Shown here piece after piece: positions 12,740-26,445 of a DNA stretch of 64,000 nt. Numbering within the stretch: the first letter of the stretch is position 1; each line of letters begins with the position of its first letter. The stretch comes from Hypanus sabinus (taxonomy: Eukaryota). Both the position numbers and the translations under genes were made by a program. Below the pieces are notes generated by a model that ran no database searches, was not told where the DNA came from, and saw nothing but the letters and a program-made list of their open reading frames with translations. The stretch lies in NCBI RefSeq assembly GCF_030144855.1, contig NC_082730.1, forward strand, positions 14,818,001 through 14,882,000, in the 5' to 3' direction.

Positions 12740-13460
12740 AACATGCACTTTATGACACTGAGTTCTATCTGCCACTTCTTTACCCATTCTCATTATCATT
12801 CTAAGCTTTTCCGTAGCCTCTCTACTTCCTCAAAACTAATTGCCCATCCACCTCTCTCCATATCATCCTCAAACTTGGCCACAAAGCCATCAATTCCATC
12901 ATCCAAATCATTGACATATAACATAACAAGTGTTCCCAACACAGCCCACTGTAGAACACCACCGGTAGCCAACTGGAAGAGCCTCCCTTTATTCCCACTC
13001 TTTGGCTCATATCAAACAACCAATGCTCTATCAATGCTAATATCGTTCCTGTAATACCATGTGTTCTTAAATGTTAAGCGGCCTTATGTGTGGCACCTTG
13101 TCAGAGGCCTTCTGAAAATCCAAGTTCACAACAGCCACCAATTCTCCTTTGTCTATCCTGCTCGCTATTTCTTCAAAGAATGCCAACTGATTTATCAGAC
13201 AAGTTTTCCCTTAAGGAAACCATGCTTATTATGGCTTATTTTATCATGTACAAGTACCTTGAAACCACATTTTCCCATTCATTGAGGTCAGACTAACTAC
13301 AATTTCCTTTATTCTGCCTCCCCCCCTCCCTTGACATTTTAAATTTTTCGGTCCTCTGGAACCATGCCAGAGTCTATTGACCCTTGAAATATCATTACTA
13401 AAGCCTCCATAATCTCTTCAGTCACCATTTTCAGAACCCTGGAGTGCAGACTACCTCGTC
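12740..13460 (-). mobile_element. CR1 LINE RT fragment
   Basis: GMDDGIDGFVAKF.DD-type motif (rev-comp 12870-12920). Confidence 0.8.
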
Positions 13461-14480
13461 CAGGTGATTTATCTACCTGCTCTGATATTATGTGCCTATG
13501 CTGGCCCTGCAAATAAGATTTTCATTGCACCTGTCCATACATGTAATTGTGCATATGACAGTAAATTGAACTTTTTGACATTGACTTTGAAATCTGACGT
13601 GTCTGATGCCCCATTTCTTCTCCTCTTTTCATATGTTATTGTTGGTTAGGGTTCATGCCACACAGCCTTTAAGATCAGCCACGTTATTATTTCATGAATA
13701 ATATTCAAGAATCACAGCCAGCAATAATGAACAAACTGCCAAATATTTCCACTGTAAAGTGGAACGTTACTCAGGACGTTGCCGTTTGTCACTGCTGGAG
13801 ACCTTCAACTGGGAGATGCTGTTCCAGGTGAACACCCTTGCTAATTTGCCCAGGAAGATATTTGACTTTGTGAGTGTTTTTGTGGAGCTGCACTCATCCA
13901 AGCAGTGAATAGTATTGTGATAGTGAGTGTTGAGAGTGAGTGCAAAATTCCACAACCCACTCCTGAAGCACCAAATAGCAGAGACTCCTGTACTGTTAAC
14001 ATAGTTCACTTTGTCCCATTTGCAAACAACTTCCTTCCCACAGTAGTTCCAAGTGTTATTGCATGTTCATTGGTTTCTATCACACAACAGCAGTAAATAA
14101 AGTAACATCAACTACAAGTACTTTCACGTGCTTCACCATTCACCATTTCATGCTGCAACTCATTCATTTAATCCAGCACCTGTCTTTTCTTAATATTGTT
14201 TATTGACCTTTAAGGCTTTTATATAGTGACGGAAATTGTGCTTGAGTTGATTGTATCATTGCAACATTGCCCACGTATTCATCTTTCTAACAGAGAGGCA
14301 ACAATGTTGAATATCCAAACAAAAATAGCCATTGATGAAAATTCCTCAGTGGGTCAGGCAGCATCTGCATAAAGTGAAACAAATCCAATGCTTCAGGTCC
14401 ATCTGTGTCCTCAATAGTTGTTCTCATGTAATCTCATGGCCTGAAGGATTAATTGTTTCCCATTCTCCATCAGTGTTATC

Positions 14481-14750
14481 AAGAGGACGTGGCCTCAGTC
14501 ATTGTGAGTAAATGTTGCAGATGAACTGGGCATGTGGTGAGAAGAGAGGTCAACTCCATTCTGTAGGACAACACTTCACAGGACACCTGAAGGGTGGAGG
14601 AAATGCAGGAGGCCAAATACCACTTGGCACCATACCACAGAGGCAAAAATGAACCAAATCTGAGATACAATAGAGAAGATGGCCTAGGACAGACAGAGAT
14701 GGAGGACCTTCAATGATGCTTTAATCACCAGCATAACGGGCAGCAAGTAA
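14481..14750 (+). mobile_element. RTE LINE 3' end
   Basis: W.GHV.RR...TPEG.RK.GRP.TTW...IEKMA.DR.RWR; absent from the paralogous block at ~35750. Confidence 0.75.
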
Positions 14751-15234
14751 TTAACCATTGACACTGTGAGACAAATCCGAGAACCAAAATGCTATCTGTT
14801 CTGCATGATTTCAGTCAGATGAAAAAAAAATAACCACTCATTAACAACAGCAATGAATTAAGAAGCATTTAATTCATTATTATTTGTAGATTAGTATAAT
14901 AAGCAATATCTATGGCTAAAATTTGAATTGACAACTCTCTATCTAACAGTTAAATATTCTCAAGCATTGGGAAAGGTGAAATTATGCTCAGTACAAAGAA
15001 GGGAAAGTTTTAAAAATAGAATTTTGGAAACAAAAATGTCACTTTGAAGGATGACTAGTTTGTTTTCCTGGTTTTGCTTTCATTAAGTCACTGATGTAGT
15101 GACATAAGTCATATACACAGAGTCAATGAGAGCTGTTCAAAGCTGGAAGAAAACACCTGATCTTGAAGCAAAATCCCATCACATTTGTCAACTTCAAGGA
15201 TTCTTCACAAAGGTATAAGCAGTGCAGATTTCAG

Positions 15235-15245
15235 TCATCGCGTTT
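15235..15245 (-). other. Possible vestigial terminal exon of gene A (now 3' UTR)
   Basis: Acceptor cattgtcttttgcag|AA ACG CGA TGA, phase-compatible with a gtaggt donor at 16019; a similar acceptor context exists in the paralogous block near 36230. Confidence 0.35.
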
Positions 15246-16038
15246 CTGCAAAAGACAATGATGAAGTCATCAGATACATTGAAAATGGGAATCCGGTTTA
15301 TTCCAAATGGCTGCTCACAACAGAATTCTGCCTCACACTGGCACAAGAACTCCATACTCACATTGAATTACGTTACTTGCTATTTTGAATGTTACTCACT
15401 ATTTTCAAGTCAGCTTGCTATTTTGAATGTTTTGCACCTTAACCCCAGATTAACACTGTCTCATTCAGCACTACCTATGTATGGTTTAAATGATAATTAA
15501 ACTTGATTTGATTTGATATCCAGCTCTCCAGTCCCTTCTGCACACAGTGTGTCAAAACTTACTGAAAGCAGCTGCATAGGACCTCAGGACTCACACCACC
15601 AGGTTCAAGCATGCTACCAGGTCCACTTGCCCCACAATTGAAATATTCCCACAACCAATGGACTCATTTTCAAGGACTCTTCAACTCATGTTCTCATTAT
15701 TTATTGCTATTTATTTATATTTGCATTTGCACAGTTTGTTGTCTTCTGTACTCTGGTTGATCTTTCATTAATCCTGTTACTATTCCATAGACTTGTTGAT
15801 TATAACAAGAAAATGAATCTCAGGCTTATATATGGTGTCATATGTGTACTTTGATAATGAAATTTACCTTGAATCTTGGACTTTGAGCAGAGGCTTGGTT
15901 TGATAAGAGGATGTAAAGTACTTCATGCAGACAATATTCTGGCCTTTCAGTGACCTGTATATTTGAAAGCATTCATGGAAACCATTTGGGCACACACCTC
16001 AGATGTCCATCAAACCTACCTTAGGTTTCTTGCTTGAA

Positions 16039-16111
16039 CTACTTGATTGAAATAGCACAGATCACCATGAAAGCAAAGAGCAGCCAGCGCCCCAGTTTCC
16101 ATACCATGTAA
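16039..16111 (-). CDS. Gene A transmembrane exon, coding part (Lys/Arg-containing TM, stop directly after)
   Basis: cttctcctttgcttag|T TAC ATG GTA TGG AAA CTG GGG CGC TGG...ATC AAG TAG = (S)YMVWKLGRWLLFAFMVICAISIK*. The five exons sum to 807 nt = 268 aa + stop. Confidence 0.88.
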
Positions 16112-17526
16112 CTAAGCAAAGGAGAAGAGATATAGAATGAGTGGGAAGAAACGAACTGGCTTTGTGTTTGATACACTCACCCCCAGTTTTGCACTGTAAT
16201 CCTAGTGGAGTGAAGCAACAGAGACAACAGAGTTCGGCTACGAGACTAAAGTCTGTTGACTGAGGGAGAGAGGGAAAACCTGTGATCATCATTTACAGAC
16301 CTAGCTACTGGTACACGGCTACAGATAAATCGAGTCTAGGAATTAGTCACTGCAGCATGAAATGGATTTAGAAAAGACAGAGAGAGAACTGGCGAGGTAA
16401 AACAATGACTGCGCTGCGAACAACGTGATGTCATTGGAGAAATGGATACAGCTCTGAAGGAAACAACGGAATCACATGGATGGATATGAGCAACTGCAGA
16501 AGATTCAGGAGGATGAGGAGCGAAGGCATAGAAACAAGGGTAATGATTTTAAAAACTGGAAAATGATCACGAGCTACTTTATTAAATCCATTATGGCTTG
16601 GGTTACAGTGGCTGGTGTGTGGACTGGGTTCAACAGAATGTGTAGATACACTAATATTTGAATATGTAATAACCTCAATAAAAAATTATTTTCCAATTGG
16701 GGCAAAGCATCTATATAGTCGGACCAGTCACGTTATTGGTAATGTTCCCCCTAGGATCTTGAAGCTCTCAACCCTGTCAACCAGAGCACATGTGCTCAAG
16801 TCTATCACCAGCTCCTTTGTTTTGCTGACATTGAGGAAATGGTTGTTGTTATAACAACTCATCACGAGACTCTCTTTCTCCTTCCCGTACACTGAGATAT
16901 GGCCATTTGTAACCACTTTCTCTTAGAAGTTTTAACAGAATGGATAACAAGAGACCGCCTCCTATTATGGAAAGAGCATATCAAGTAATTGTCAATAAAT
17001 TTAGCCTCTGACATATCCAATTGAAATCAGAAGTATCTCTTTAGAAAGATTTCTGAGAATGCACAGGTCATTCCCACAGAGACGTGAGTACACTCTTTAT
17101 GTCGGACCTCTAGGGATGATTAAGATAGGCATTGAAGGAGAAGAGAATTGAGGGTAAGAATGAGAGATAGACAAGCAAAGATGGGAAAAGGCCTGAAGGG
17201 GGCATAAACATGCAGCATGAGATAACCCCAGTGATATTTTCAAGTTAATTATCTGCTTTCCAATGCAAACAAATATCCCTTTTTATTCCTGTGCTATTCA
17301 AAAATAAATTTACCTTGGAACCTGCAGCTTTAACCATGCATGGGAGAATCAGGTATTCCTGGCTCTCAATGTCAATTTGATTGCAATCAATAATCTCACA
17401 GACATATAGTGCTAGCATATGAAAAATAATTCTGTCTACAACCTGCACCAATCTGAAGTGGACCATCTCAAATCATTGGCAATGAGAACATTATGCCTTT
17501 CATTGGAAACTGATTGAGTGATTTAC

Positions 17527-17617
17527 CTCAGGGAAGCACTGCAATTTATTCCTATCTCTGTAGAACCTGTAGTTGGCATTGATTCTGCTGCAGTAGTTTC
17601 ACAAGAATAATCACGTC
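17527..17617 (-). CDS. Gene A stalk exon
   Basis: cctcaacag|GA CGT...CTG AG|gtaaat; 91 nt, phase 1 to 2; GRDYSCETTAAESMPTTGSTEIGINCSASL. Confidence 0.88.
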
Positions 17618-20178
17618 CTGTTGAGGCAAGGAAATAATATTTAATTTCACCCACTTTTCACTGGCAATCAAGCACAATCGCTAGATGAAAGCTCTTCCAT
17701 TGAGTAAAGACTGAGTGCTTTCATGGATGTTGTGAAGTTTTATTAGTGACGGTGTGTCTGTTGCTGCAAATGAGAGACACTGCCTGCACTCATGTCTCAG
17801 TCACATTCACTGATACTTTATCTGTCCTTCACATATTTGAGGTGGAGCGGAGTGATGATGGGACTAAACAGCGACTTCTTTTGCTTCCATCTTGGGAAAC
17901 AGCTCTATTTCCATCTTTAATACCTTTTTTTTCCTGTCAGGTTTCTTTTGAAGACCCTGACATGGAGTTACATGCTGTCTACGGTTCTTTATGGGAATGG
18001 GACCCACTCTCGGGGTTTCCTGCCTGGCCTTTATCTGGCACAGTGAGAGCTCGGCCTATGAGTCTGGTTCAGGTTTGAAAGCCTGGGATCTCGGGGCTCT
18101 GGAGACGGGTGGATCGAGGGTCAGTATCATGGCAGGAGACCCATGTGTCGCTAGGGGAGTCGGAATAGCTGTGGCTGTGTGCCCAGAGACTTGAGATCTT
18201 TGGGCACAGAGCTCGAAAAACGACATGACAGACTTTTAACATCGTAAACCACGAGTTGTTTGTTATGATTTCCTGCTCGCTGTGAAAACGGAATCACCTC
18301 TTTCTCCCTTATTAGGGAGAGGGAGAGCCTGCGGTATATCGAATACCAGGTGAAACGTGAAGTCTCTGGGGCAACTACAAGTCAGTCTCTTTGGTCATGC
18401 TTGAGTGCTTGGTGACAGGTGCTGAAGTTTTTTTTTTGCCGGTGGGGAGAGGGAGGATCGTGTCTTGCTGCCACTTACACGTGGTCGGGGGGGGGAGCTG
18501 GTGGGACTTTGGGGTTCTAATATTTAACTGTGGTTCATTCTTTGGGACACTCCTCTATTGTTGTGGATGGTTGCAAAGAAAAAGCACTTGAGGATGTATA
18601 TCGTATACATTTCTCTGACATTAAATGTACCTTTGAAACCTTTGAACGCTGAGCACCTACAAGCTCAGTAAAAGTGCAGAGATTGGTGGGAGAGCAAAAT
18701 GGATATTATCCTGCGGAAATATTCGGGAGTGTTACACCCAACTGAGTGGGATGGAAGGTAGCCTGCAATAGAAACTCCAATAACTCTTCTAAACTATAAC
18801 ACATGAAACCTGTATTCAACCAATTTCTCTTCATATAGTACGTCATACCTGGAATTGGCCAGTCTGGAGAATATTTGATCAACTCCTTCCAAAGCAAAGA
18901 CAATTGTCCCCAAATATGGAGATCAAAACTGCACACACCAGTCATTGTGACATCCTCTTAAAGCCCTGTTTAATCACTATACTTCATTACAATCCTGTTT
19001 CTGCACTTGAATCCTATCACTGATAGTGCCAACATACCACAGGCTGTCTAAATTGTCCACTGCACCTGTGTTCTTGCAGCAACTGACACACAGGGATACC
19101 AATCCTTGCTGCCTGATCCTCTCCTAATAAGTTTCCACTCAGATAATAATCTGCTTTCTTACAATCAGGCACCAGGCAGTTTGAGTTAGAATTATCACAG
19201 CCTGGGACTTTTGGAGTTCAGAGCTCAATTCCAGAACCGCCAGTGAGGAGTTGGTACACTCTCCCTGTGAGCTACATGGATTTCCTCAACGAGCTCCTGT
19301 TTCCTCCCACAGTCCAGACATACAGATTAGCCAGTTAATTGGTTATTATAAATTGGTTAGGTTAGTGATATAAAGGTGGTTTGCTGGGCCAGAAAGTCTT
19401 TTCCATGCTGCATCATATGTCAATACATACATACTTACAAACACAATATAGAAATAGATTTCCACAACTTTATTAATTTTAAATTTATTTCCTTGTGTTG
19501 CTGACTCACTAATGTGGTGCATTTTGAGACCAGACTTAGTTTGTCCTGATCCCTAATAACTCCGAGTACTTTTGAGTACTCCTGGTGTTTCTCTCCAGAT
19601 ATAAACTGCTCACCCCAGGTTTATGCACTCCCTCCTGGAGACTCCCTGAAGAGAGACAAAAGGCACAACCAGTCAGGGTCCAATATAGCTGCATGGATTT
19701 CTGGAGTTTCCTGCACATGTTGCTGCTTAGATTAAATTTCTTTGAAATGTATCACCAGTAAATGTTTATGAAACCAAGCAGATCAAATGTGTGGTTTTCA
19801 AAGGCTGCACGCCTTCAATCAGTAACGTACAAAGAAACATAGAAAACTTACAGCACAGTACAGGTGCTTCGGCTCACAAAGCTGTGCCAAACATACTTAC
19901 TTTAGAAATTACCTTGGGTTACCCATAGCCCTCTATTTTCCTAAGCTCCATGGACCTATCCAGGAGTCTCATAAAAGACCCTATTATTTCCGCCTCCACC
20001 GCTGTTGCCGGCAGCCCATTTGATGCACTCATGACTCTCTTCGTAAAAAAGCTTACCCCTGACATCTCCTCTGCACCAACTTCCAAACAGCTTAAAACTG
20101 TGCCCTCATGTTAGCCATTTCAGCCCTGGGAAAAAACCTTTGACTATCCACACTATCAAAGCCTCTCATCATCTTATA

Positions 20179-20740
20179 CACATAGGTCACTTTATTGTAC
20201 CATACTCTCCTGTACTGAATGTATGTTCATGGTTTTCTGCTGCTGTAGATCATCCACTCCAAGGTTCGAAGTGTGGCATGTTCATAGATGTTTTCCACAC
20301 TCCACTGTTTTAACATGTGGTTATTTGAGTTATTGTCACCATCCTGCCAGCTTGAACCAGTCTGTCCATTTTTCTCTGACCTACCTCATTAACAAGGTGT
20401 TATTGCCCAGAGAACTGCTTTAGCCTGGATGTTTTTTTTTGTTGTTTTTTGCACCATCCTCTGTAAACGCTAGAGACCAATGTGCATGAAAATTCCAGGA
20501 GATCAGCAGTTTCTAAGATCCTGAAACTACCCTGTCTGGCACCAACAATCATTCCATGTTCAAAGTCACTTAGATCACATTCCTTCCCCCATTCTGATGC
20601 TTGGCCTGAACAATAACTGAACTTGTTGACCCAGTCTGCATGTTTTTACACATTGAGTTGTTGTCACATGATTGGCTGATTAGGTATTTGCATTAACAAG
20701 CAGATGTACAGGTGTACCTAGTAAAGTAGTCAGTGAGTGT
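20179..20740. mobile_element. Tc1/mariner non-autonomous element
   Basis: Ends resembling cagtggccactttatt...ggtgtacctaataaagtggccactgagtgta, with TA flanks. Confidence 0.7.
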
Positions 20741-20927
20741 AAAACTTTACCTACTAAACCAAGAGTTGGAGTCTGAATTTCCCAACACTGAAGCAATTCC
20801 CATTCCCAAGTCTGAATGATAATACAGCCCTCTCCTTGTGTTTGAGTGCAGCTAAAACAAAACATTTCTGGCAGTTATTCATTTGCACCACCAACCGTCT
20901 TAGAGAGTCACTCTCTCCACCACTCAC

Positions 20928-21245
20928 CAGTGCCATTGATTTCCACCATATAACTGCAATTCCCCATTCTACTGAAGACTCCCACGTTGATCATTTCACT
21001 GGATTTTGCTCCATGATTATTCGAGGCTGTGCAGTAATATTGATAATGCTGGTGTTTGAAGGATTGACAATCAAGAGCCAGTTTACTGGTGTTGGAGATC
21101 GTTGAATCCTCAGATGGGATCTTTTCATACCACGTGTACTGAATGGGAAGGGATCCCTGGAGAGACTCACAGGACACTAACATTGAGCCCCCAACACATG
21201 AGACATTTGGCGGTGACAGATACAGCACAGGAACAGATACCGGTT
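20928..21245 (-). CDS. Gene A Ig C2-like exon
   Basis: tttcccacag|AA CCG...ACT G|gtgagt; 318 nt, open; EPVSVPVL...VSCESLQGSLPIQYTWY...YYCTASNNHG...NCSYMVEINGT. Confidence 0.92.
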
Positions 21246-21459
21246 CTGTGGGAAAGAGTAAATCATTCAGACACTGAGTGAACATCAGAAAATCATTCTC
21301 CAATTTTCAGTATTTCACAGCCATGAACCACCAGATTGGAATCTCAGCAGCTCATCTACCTCTTTGTTCCCTGCAGCCTCCCAGCCGTCTAAACCACCAT
21401 GACTGTCAATATCCCAGAACACAGCAGGACTTTAGGACAGGACAGCAGTGGTAACACAG

Positions 21460-22480
21460 AGGATGTAAAAAACCTCTTTCAGCAGATCAGCCTGACATCA
21501 GTAGAGGGGAATTTATTTGAGGAAATTCTGAGGGACGGGTTCTATGAACATTTGGATAGATAAAGTCTAATTTGGAGGAGACTACGTTGTTTTGAGCACG
21601 GGAAGACATGTGTGACAAAACTTAATGAATTTTTGAAGTGTATAGAAATTAGGACATTATGTTGTTCAAGTCACTGGTGAAGTCATACTTGAAGTACTGA
21701 ACACAAGGGTTTGGGAAGGTCGGGTAGAGGATATTGTCTATTTGGACGTTTGCATGGCCTATTACTAGGTCCCACATAGTAATTTGATCTAGAAGGTTAA
21801 TTCCATGGAATACAAGGAAAACTAGCTCGGAGGATTCAAAATTAGTTTATATATAGAAAGCAATGCATGGTGTTTTAAAGTTGTTTCTCCGAGTGGAGAT
21901 CCATGTCTACTGATGTGTCATAGTTCCCTGTGTTGTTGTTCTTTTATGTAATCGCTTTGGATGCAGATATGTAACATTGGATCAGTAAGCCTACAGATGA
22001 CACAAAATTAGGAGGTGATGATGGGGAAGAAGTTTATCATAGATTACAAGGGGATTGTGATCAGTTAGGGTAGTGGCCTGAGGAGAGGCAAGTAGATTTC
22101 AATGCAGCTAATTGTTAAGTCATGCATTTTGGAAAATGCAATCAGCATAAGACCACCAAAATGCAACCACCATATGAATGGTAGTGTACCAAGGAGTTTA
22201 AAGGATCAGAGGGCCCAAGAAGGACAAGTGGATAGTTAATTGAAAGTGGAATCACATATAGAATGGGTGGTGAAAAACCTACTGGCTTTCATTAGTCAGG
22301 GCACTGAATATAGGAATTGGGACATTACGTTCTTCAAGTCATTGGCAAAGTCACACTGCACTGGGAAAGCTGATGCTTAAAGAATGCAGAAAGATTTGTA
22401 AAGGTGTTTCCAGCACTAGAGGGCCTCAGGACTGATTGGCCAATCTAGGTTTATATTCCTTGGAACATAGAGAGAAGGGT
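21460..22480 (+). mobile_element. CR1 LINE RT fragment
   Basis: KLNEF...VDIVYLD...KVPH, ISK.TDDTK.GG remnants. Confidence 0.75.
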
Positions 22481-24387
22481 GACACAGCATAGTGTACAAC
22501 GTTTTACAGTGCCAGTGACCCAGGTTCAATTCTCTATAAGGAGCATATAAGGAGTTTGTATGATCTCCCTGTGACCACGTGGGTTTCTTCCAAATGCTAG
22601 GAATCCATCAGGGCTAGCGATCTGATAAAGCCCCAGAGATACAGAGGTGCCAAGAGGAAGTCCAAAGGGCTCATCCCTGGAAAAGGAAAGATACATGAAG
22701 AAGAGGAAAAGGAAAGATTCACCAAGAAGATGGCTACATCTGGGGGACAACTTGAAGACTGGGTCAGGTCAGAGGACTCTAGTAAACAGGTGCCGATGGC
22801 CTATGCCCCAGTAGGGGTGATGGGCTTAAGAACAATTCCCTAATACTAATCCTCTAGCCAGTGACGATGGAAGGATCATGATCAATGCCCAGTAATCTCC
22901 TTCCTCCTTTCCTCTAGTAACCTGGAGTCTATCCCATCTGGCCCTGATGTGGTTCTGGCAAAAGTGCATGTTTATCAGTTTATCAGCCTGGTCTGCACCC
23001 AGAGAGTAAAAGAATAGCAGGTGACCAGAAAGGATTTTATGCGCTGGAAGAGAAAGTATGTTATCTGAAGATTTTGAGTTTGTTGTTAAGTCCAGAAGGC
23101 AGCAACATGCACAGTTGAAAAATGGGGTGTTAATCCTTGAGCTTGCACTATGTGCTGGCACAGTGCAAAGGGCACAGCAGGTCAGAGAGGGACAAAAGAT
23201 AAAAGTGGTAGGGAACAGGAAGCTCAGGATTACTGAAGAGAAGAACACATTGTGAACACTGAGTCACTAAAAAACCTCTTTGCCGCGATTCACTTGCACA
23301 TCTTCCAATCTAATGCTCTCCACTTGGTCTTCACAATGCCTCTGTAACCAGACAAAGCAAGTGTTGATTCAGTGATTGTATTGAAGAGTACCTATTAAAT
23401 CCACAGTGTTGACCCTGAGCTGGTTGACTCAATCTTTGATTCTCTTACCTCCCAGATGTGACTTTTCTTTGTAACATCTGTGTTGTTACAGCAAATCCCA
23501 ATATGAATTTGTGGAAAAATCAGCTCATCTCCTCTCAGCAGGGGATCACATACAGAGGTCAAGGTAAGAGGAGGCTTGTGTGAATTCAAATGACAGGTAT
23601 CGAGAAGCTCAGGGTCACACCCATGGACTGAAGGCTGATGCTCCACAAGTTATCTCCCAATCTGCGTTTGGCTTCTCCGGTTGTGAAGGTGACATTGCAA
23701 ATATTGAAAGAAGTAGTCTGTGTTGGCAGAACCACTTTCATCAGCTGGAAAGGCTGTTTAGGTCCCTGAGTGATGGAAGTGTGAAGGAAAGGTGTTCCAT
23801 CTCCAGCAATTGCACAGGAGACAGTCATTCTTAGTTAAATGCTAGATTGGGGAGGTAAAGCAGATAAGGAACTCACAAAGTATATGGTTTGTACAAAAAG
23901 CTGAAAAGGGGATTGGGTTTGTGGTGGAATTTTATTGGAGTTGGTGGGAATTGCAAAGGATAATGTTGATTTCTTGTCTCTGCTATATTACTGTGCTTAT
24001 CCAGTTTCCATGGATAGAGAAACAGAATTCCTCTAGCCCTAAACTTCCCACTCACCATCCTCATCGCCTAACACATCATAGTTCACAATTTCCTCCAACT
24101 GCAAGGTGATTAAACCACCAGATCATCCCACTGGAAACTGGTGATCAGTCAATGGGCAGACCCCACAGCGGGTGAAAGCAACTTGAGTGGAATTTCCCAA
24201 CCCTTGCCCACTCCTCAGCAGTACAGAGTCATGCAAGGAGTGAGCATGAGTTGGGAAACACAGTTCCTCATAGGACTATACACTGCTGTGGAGCTTCAGG
24301 ATATCAATACTTTCCTGACCATTACCAGAAACATACATGGATCAGATACTTCAGTGAAGCCATAATGTCAATGGTTGAGAAACATAC

Positions 24388-24675
24388 CATCATATACTTG
24401 TAGATTCACGGTAAAAACTAAATCAGTACCCGATTCTTTAATTCCACAGCCGTACCATGCTGTATCTCCAAACTCAAGGTCCTTCATAGAAACAGTAAAT
24501 ATTCCTTGTGCTGGGTTATCTGTGATTGACACTCGTCCAGATATAGGAAAACATCCTACTCTCCACCAACGGCACCAATACTTTGCGTGCGAGCGGTACT
24601 TTTCTTCATAGTGACAATCAATTGTGATCGCTCTTCCCACAACTCCTTTTATATTTTCCTCTGTGCACAGCGTAC
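24388..24675 (-). CDS. Gene A Ig V-type exon (CD300/pIgR-like)
   Basis: ttcag|GT ACG...GAT G|gtatgt; 288 nt; GTLCTEENIKGVVGRAITIDCHY...KYWC...C...GRVSITDN..QGIFTVSM..L...DTAWYGCG; canonical V-set Cys/Trp plus the CD300-type second Cys pair. Confidence 0.93.
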
Positions 24676-25494
24676 CTGAAATTGAGGATGGAATTGTTAC
24701 AGATTTGAGAGGAAATGAAAATTTTAATATGAACACATTTTAATGCTTATTTCAACATCACAACCCTAGTTGTACCCCATGACCTCACAAACAATGATTT
24801 TGGCCTGAACTGCAGTCCACTGTGTCAGTACATTGTGGGTTCACTTCCCACCCCACAGACCTGAGTAGAAAACCTGGCCGGTCCTCCCTGTGCAGTACTG
24901 AGGTGGAGCGGCTGTGTCAGAGATTTTCTTTTAACTCAGACATTGTCCAACCATTCAATGGCACAGATGCATCCCACTAAACTAAGTCATGCAGAGTCTT
25001 CTGTGATAGGCTAGCAGACATTCGTCCTCTTGCAACAGACAGCCTGATGATCTGAACCACTCAGACATCAACATCTTTGTCCTTACCTGCCTTCAAATGA
25101 GTTAAATTCACACACAGATTTCGGAACCTGAACATCTGCACTACAAAATCACTATAAGAAAACATTGATTAGTCCATGAGAAGAGGGGGACAGTGGTTAT
25201 GTCTAGGACTTCAGAAAGATGCTGGGTCAGATAGTGGTGAGATGAACAGAGGAAATATTTGAACCTCTTCAGTTAGCTAGGTCTCCCTGGATGCCATCCA
25301 ATGTGGCATCCATGACTACCTCTCCATGCTGACTCGTGTTTAAGCAGTAGAAAGAAATCTTCAGCCATGGGTGAAGTTCCAGAAGACTGGAGGGTGCTAA
25401 TGTAACTCTTATTGAAGAAGGGAAGCAGTGACAAGTCAGGGAACTACAGGCTAGTAAAATATACAGTTGCTGGAGGGGATTCAGAGCGTCGGAA

Positions 25495-26445
25495 TCTACC
25501 AGATTCAAAAGTTCTAAAGGTTCAAAGGTTCATCTCATTTTCAAAGTATGCATGCACGATACAACTTTGGTATTTGTCTACTACCAACGAAATACGGAAA
25601 GACCATGGGTGTTGCTGAAAGAAGACGTCACCCCCCTCCCCGCAGGACGAGAAAGAAACAAAACCCGCAGTCCCCAAAATCCCCCCTACCCCACAGCAAA
25701 AAAAAAGCCACAATAACAATCACCGATCCCTACACATAAGAATCCCTGACCCCCTCACTCGTTGAAAAGATTAGTGACGGTAGCAACAAATCCCCAACAC
25801 CCCCCCCCTACACGCAGAAACGGACAGATCACTCACCCGCCAATCATCCACAAGAAAGAAAACACTGAAAAACTTAAGGAAACTGATATAAAGTATAGAC
25901 CAATGATCACATAAATCTCAGAATATGGGAAGCGTTTTTTTGCTGCATCCAAGAAGAGCAGCTGCACAAGCTCAGGTCCTCCTGTGAAGAGTGACTGCAG
26001 ACCCGGGTCCTAACGCTGCCAATCTGGGTCTGAATGCCACTGACTTGGGGGTGAACATGCCAACCGGGGGCCCAACTCACCAAACTGGGTCCAAGCGTGC
26101 CAATCAGTCTGCTGACCATCACTGTCTCCCGACACATGAACCTCGATGCTTCAATCATGACCCCACTCCTTGTCTCTGGTCTTTGCCATGAGTCAGCTTG
26201 TATTCTCAGTCCTTTTTGCGCCTTCCCCTGTCTCTGATCTCCATGAGGCAACTCTCCAGACACAGCAGAGCGCTGGATCCTTCGGTCAAGTTCCAAACTG
26301 TACATCACAGGCTCAAACATTTTCCATAACAGAGACATGACAAAAAGACAAGCAGAAGGTATAGAAAAAGTGAAATAATTGGATAGATTTACATCTGGAA
26401 GATTTCGCCTGATAAATCATTGTTCGCTGGCGCCATCTTGATTCG
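25495..26445 (-). mobile_element. Non-autonomous Rex1-like element (aagatggcgcc 5' end, ctttgaa-type 3' tail) inserted in a CR1
   Basis: CR1 sequence stops at ~25470 and resumes at ~26450; both end motifs are visible. Confidence 0.55.

Noticed and set aside
17300-17456. Open frame LVQVVDRIIFHMLALYVC... considered as the gene A TM exon
   Set aside because: Would need a ~70-nt intron, is poorly hydrophobic, and a far better TM exon exists at 16111.
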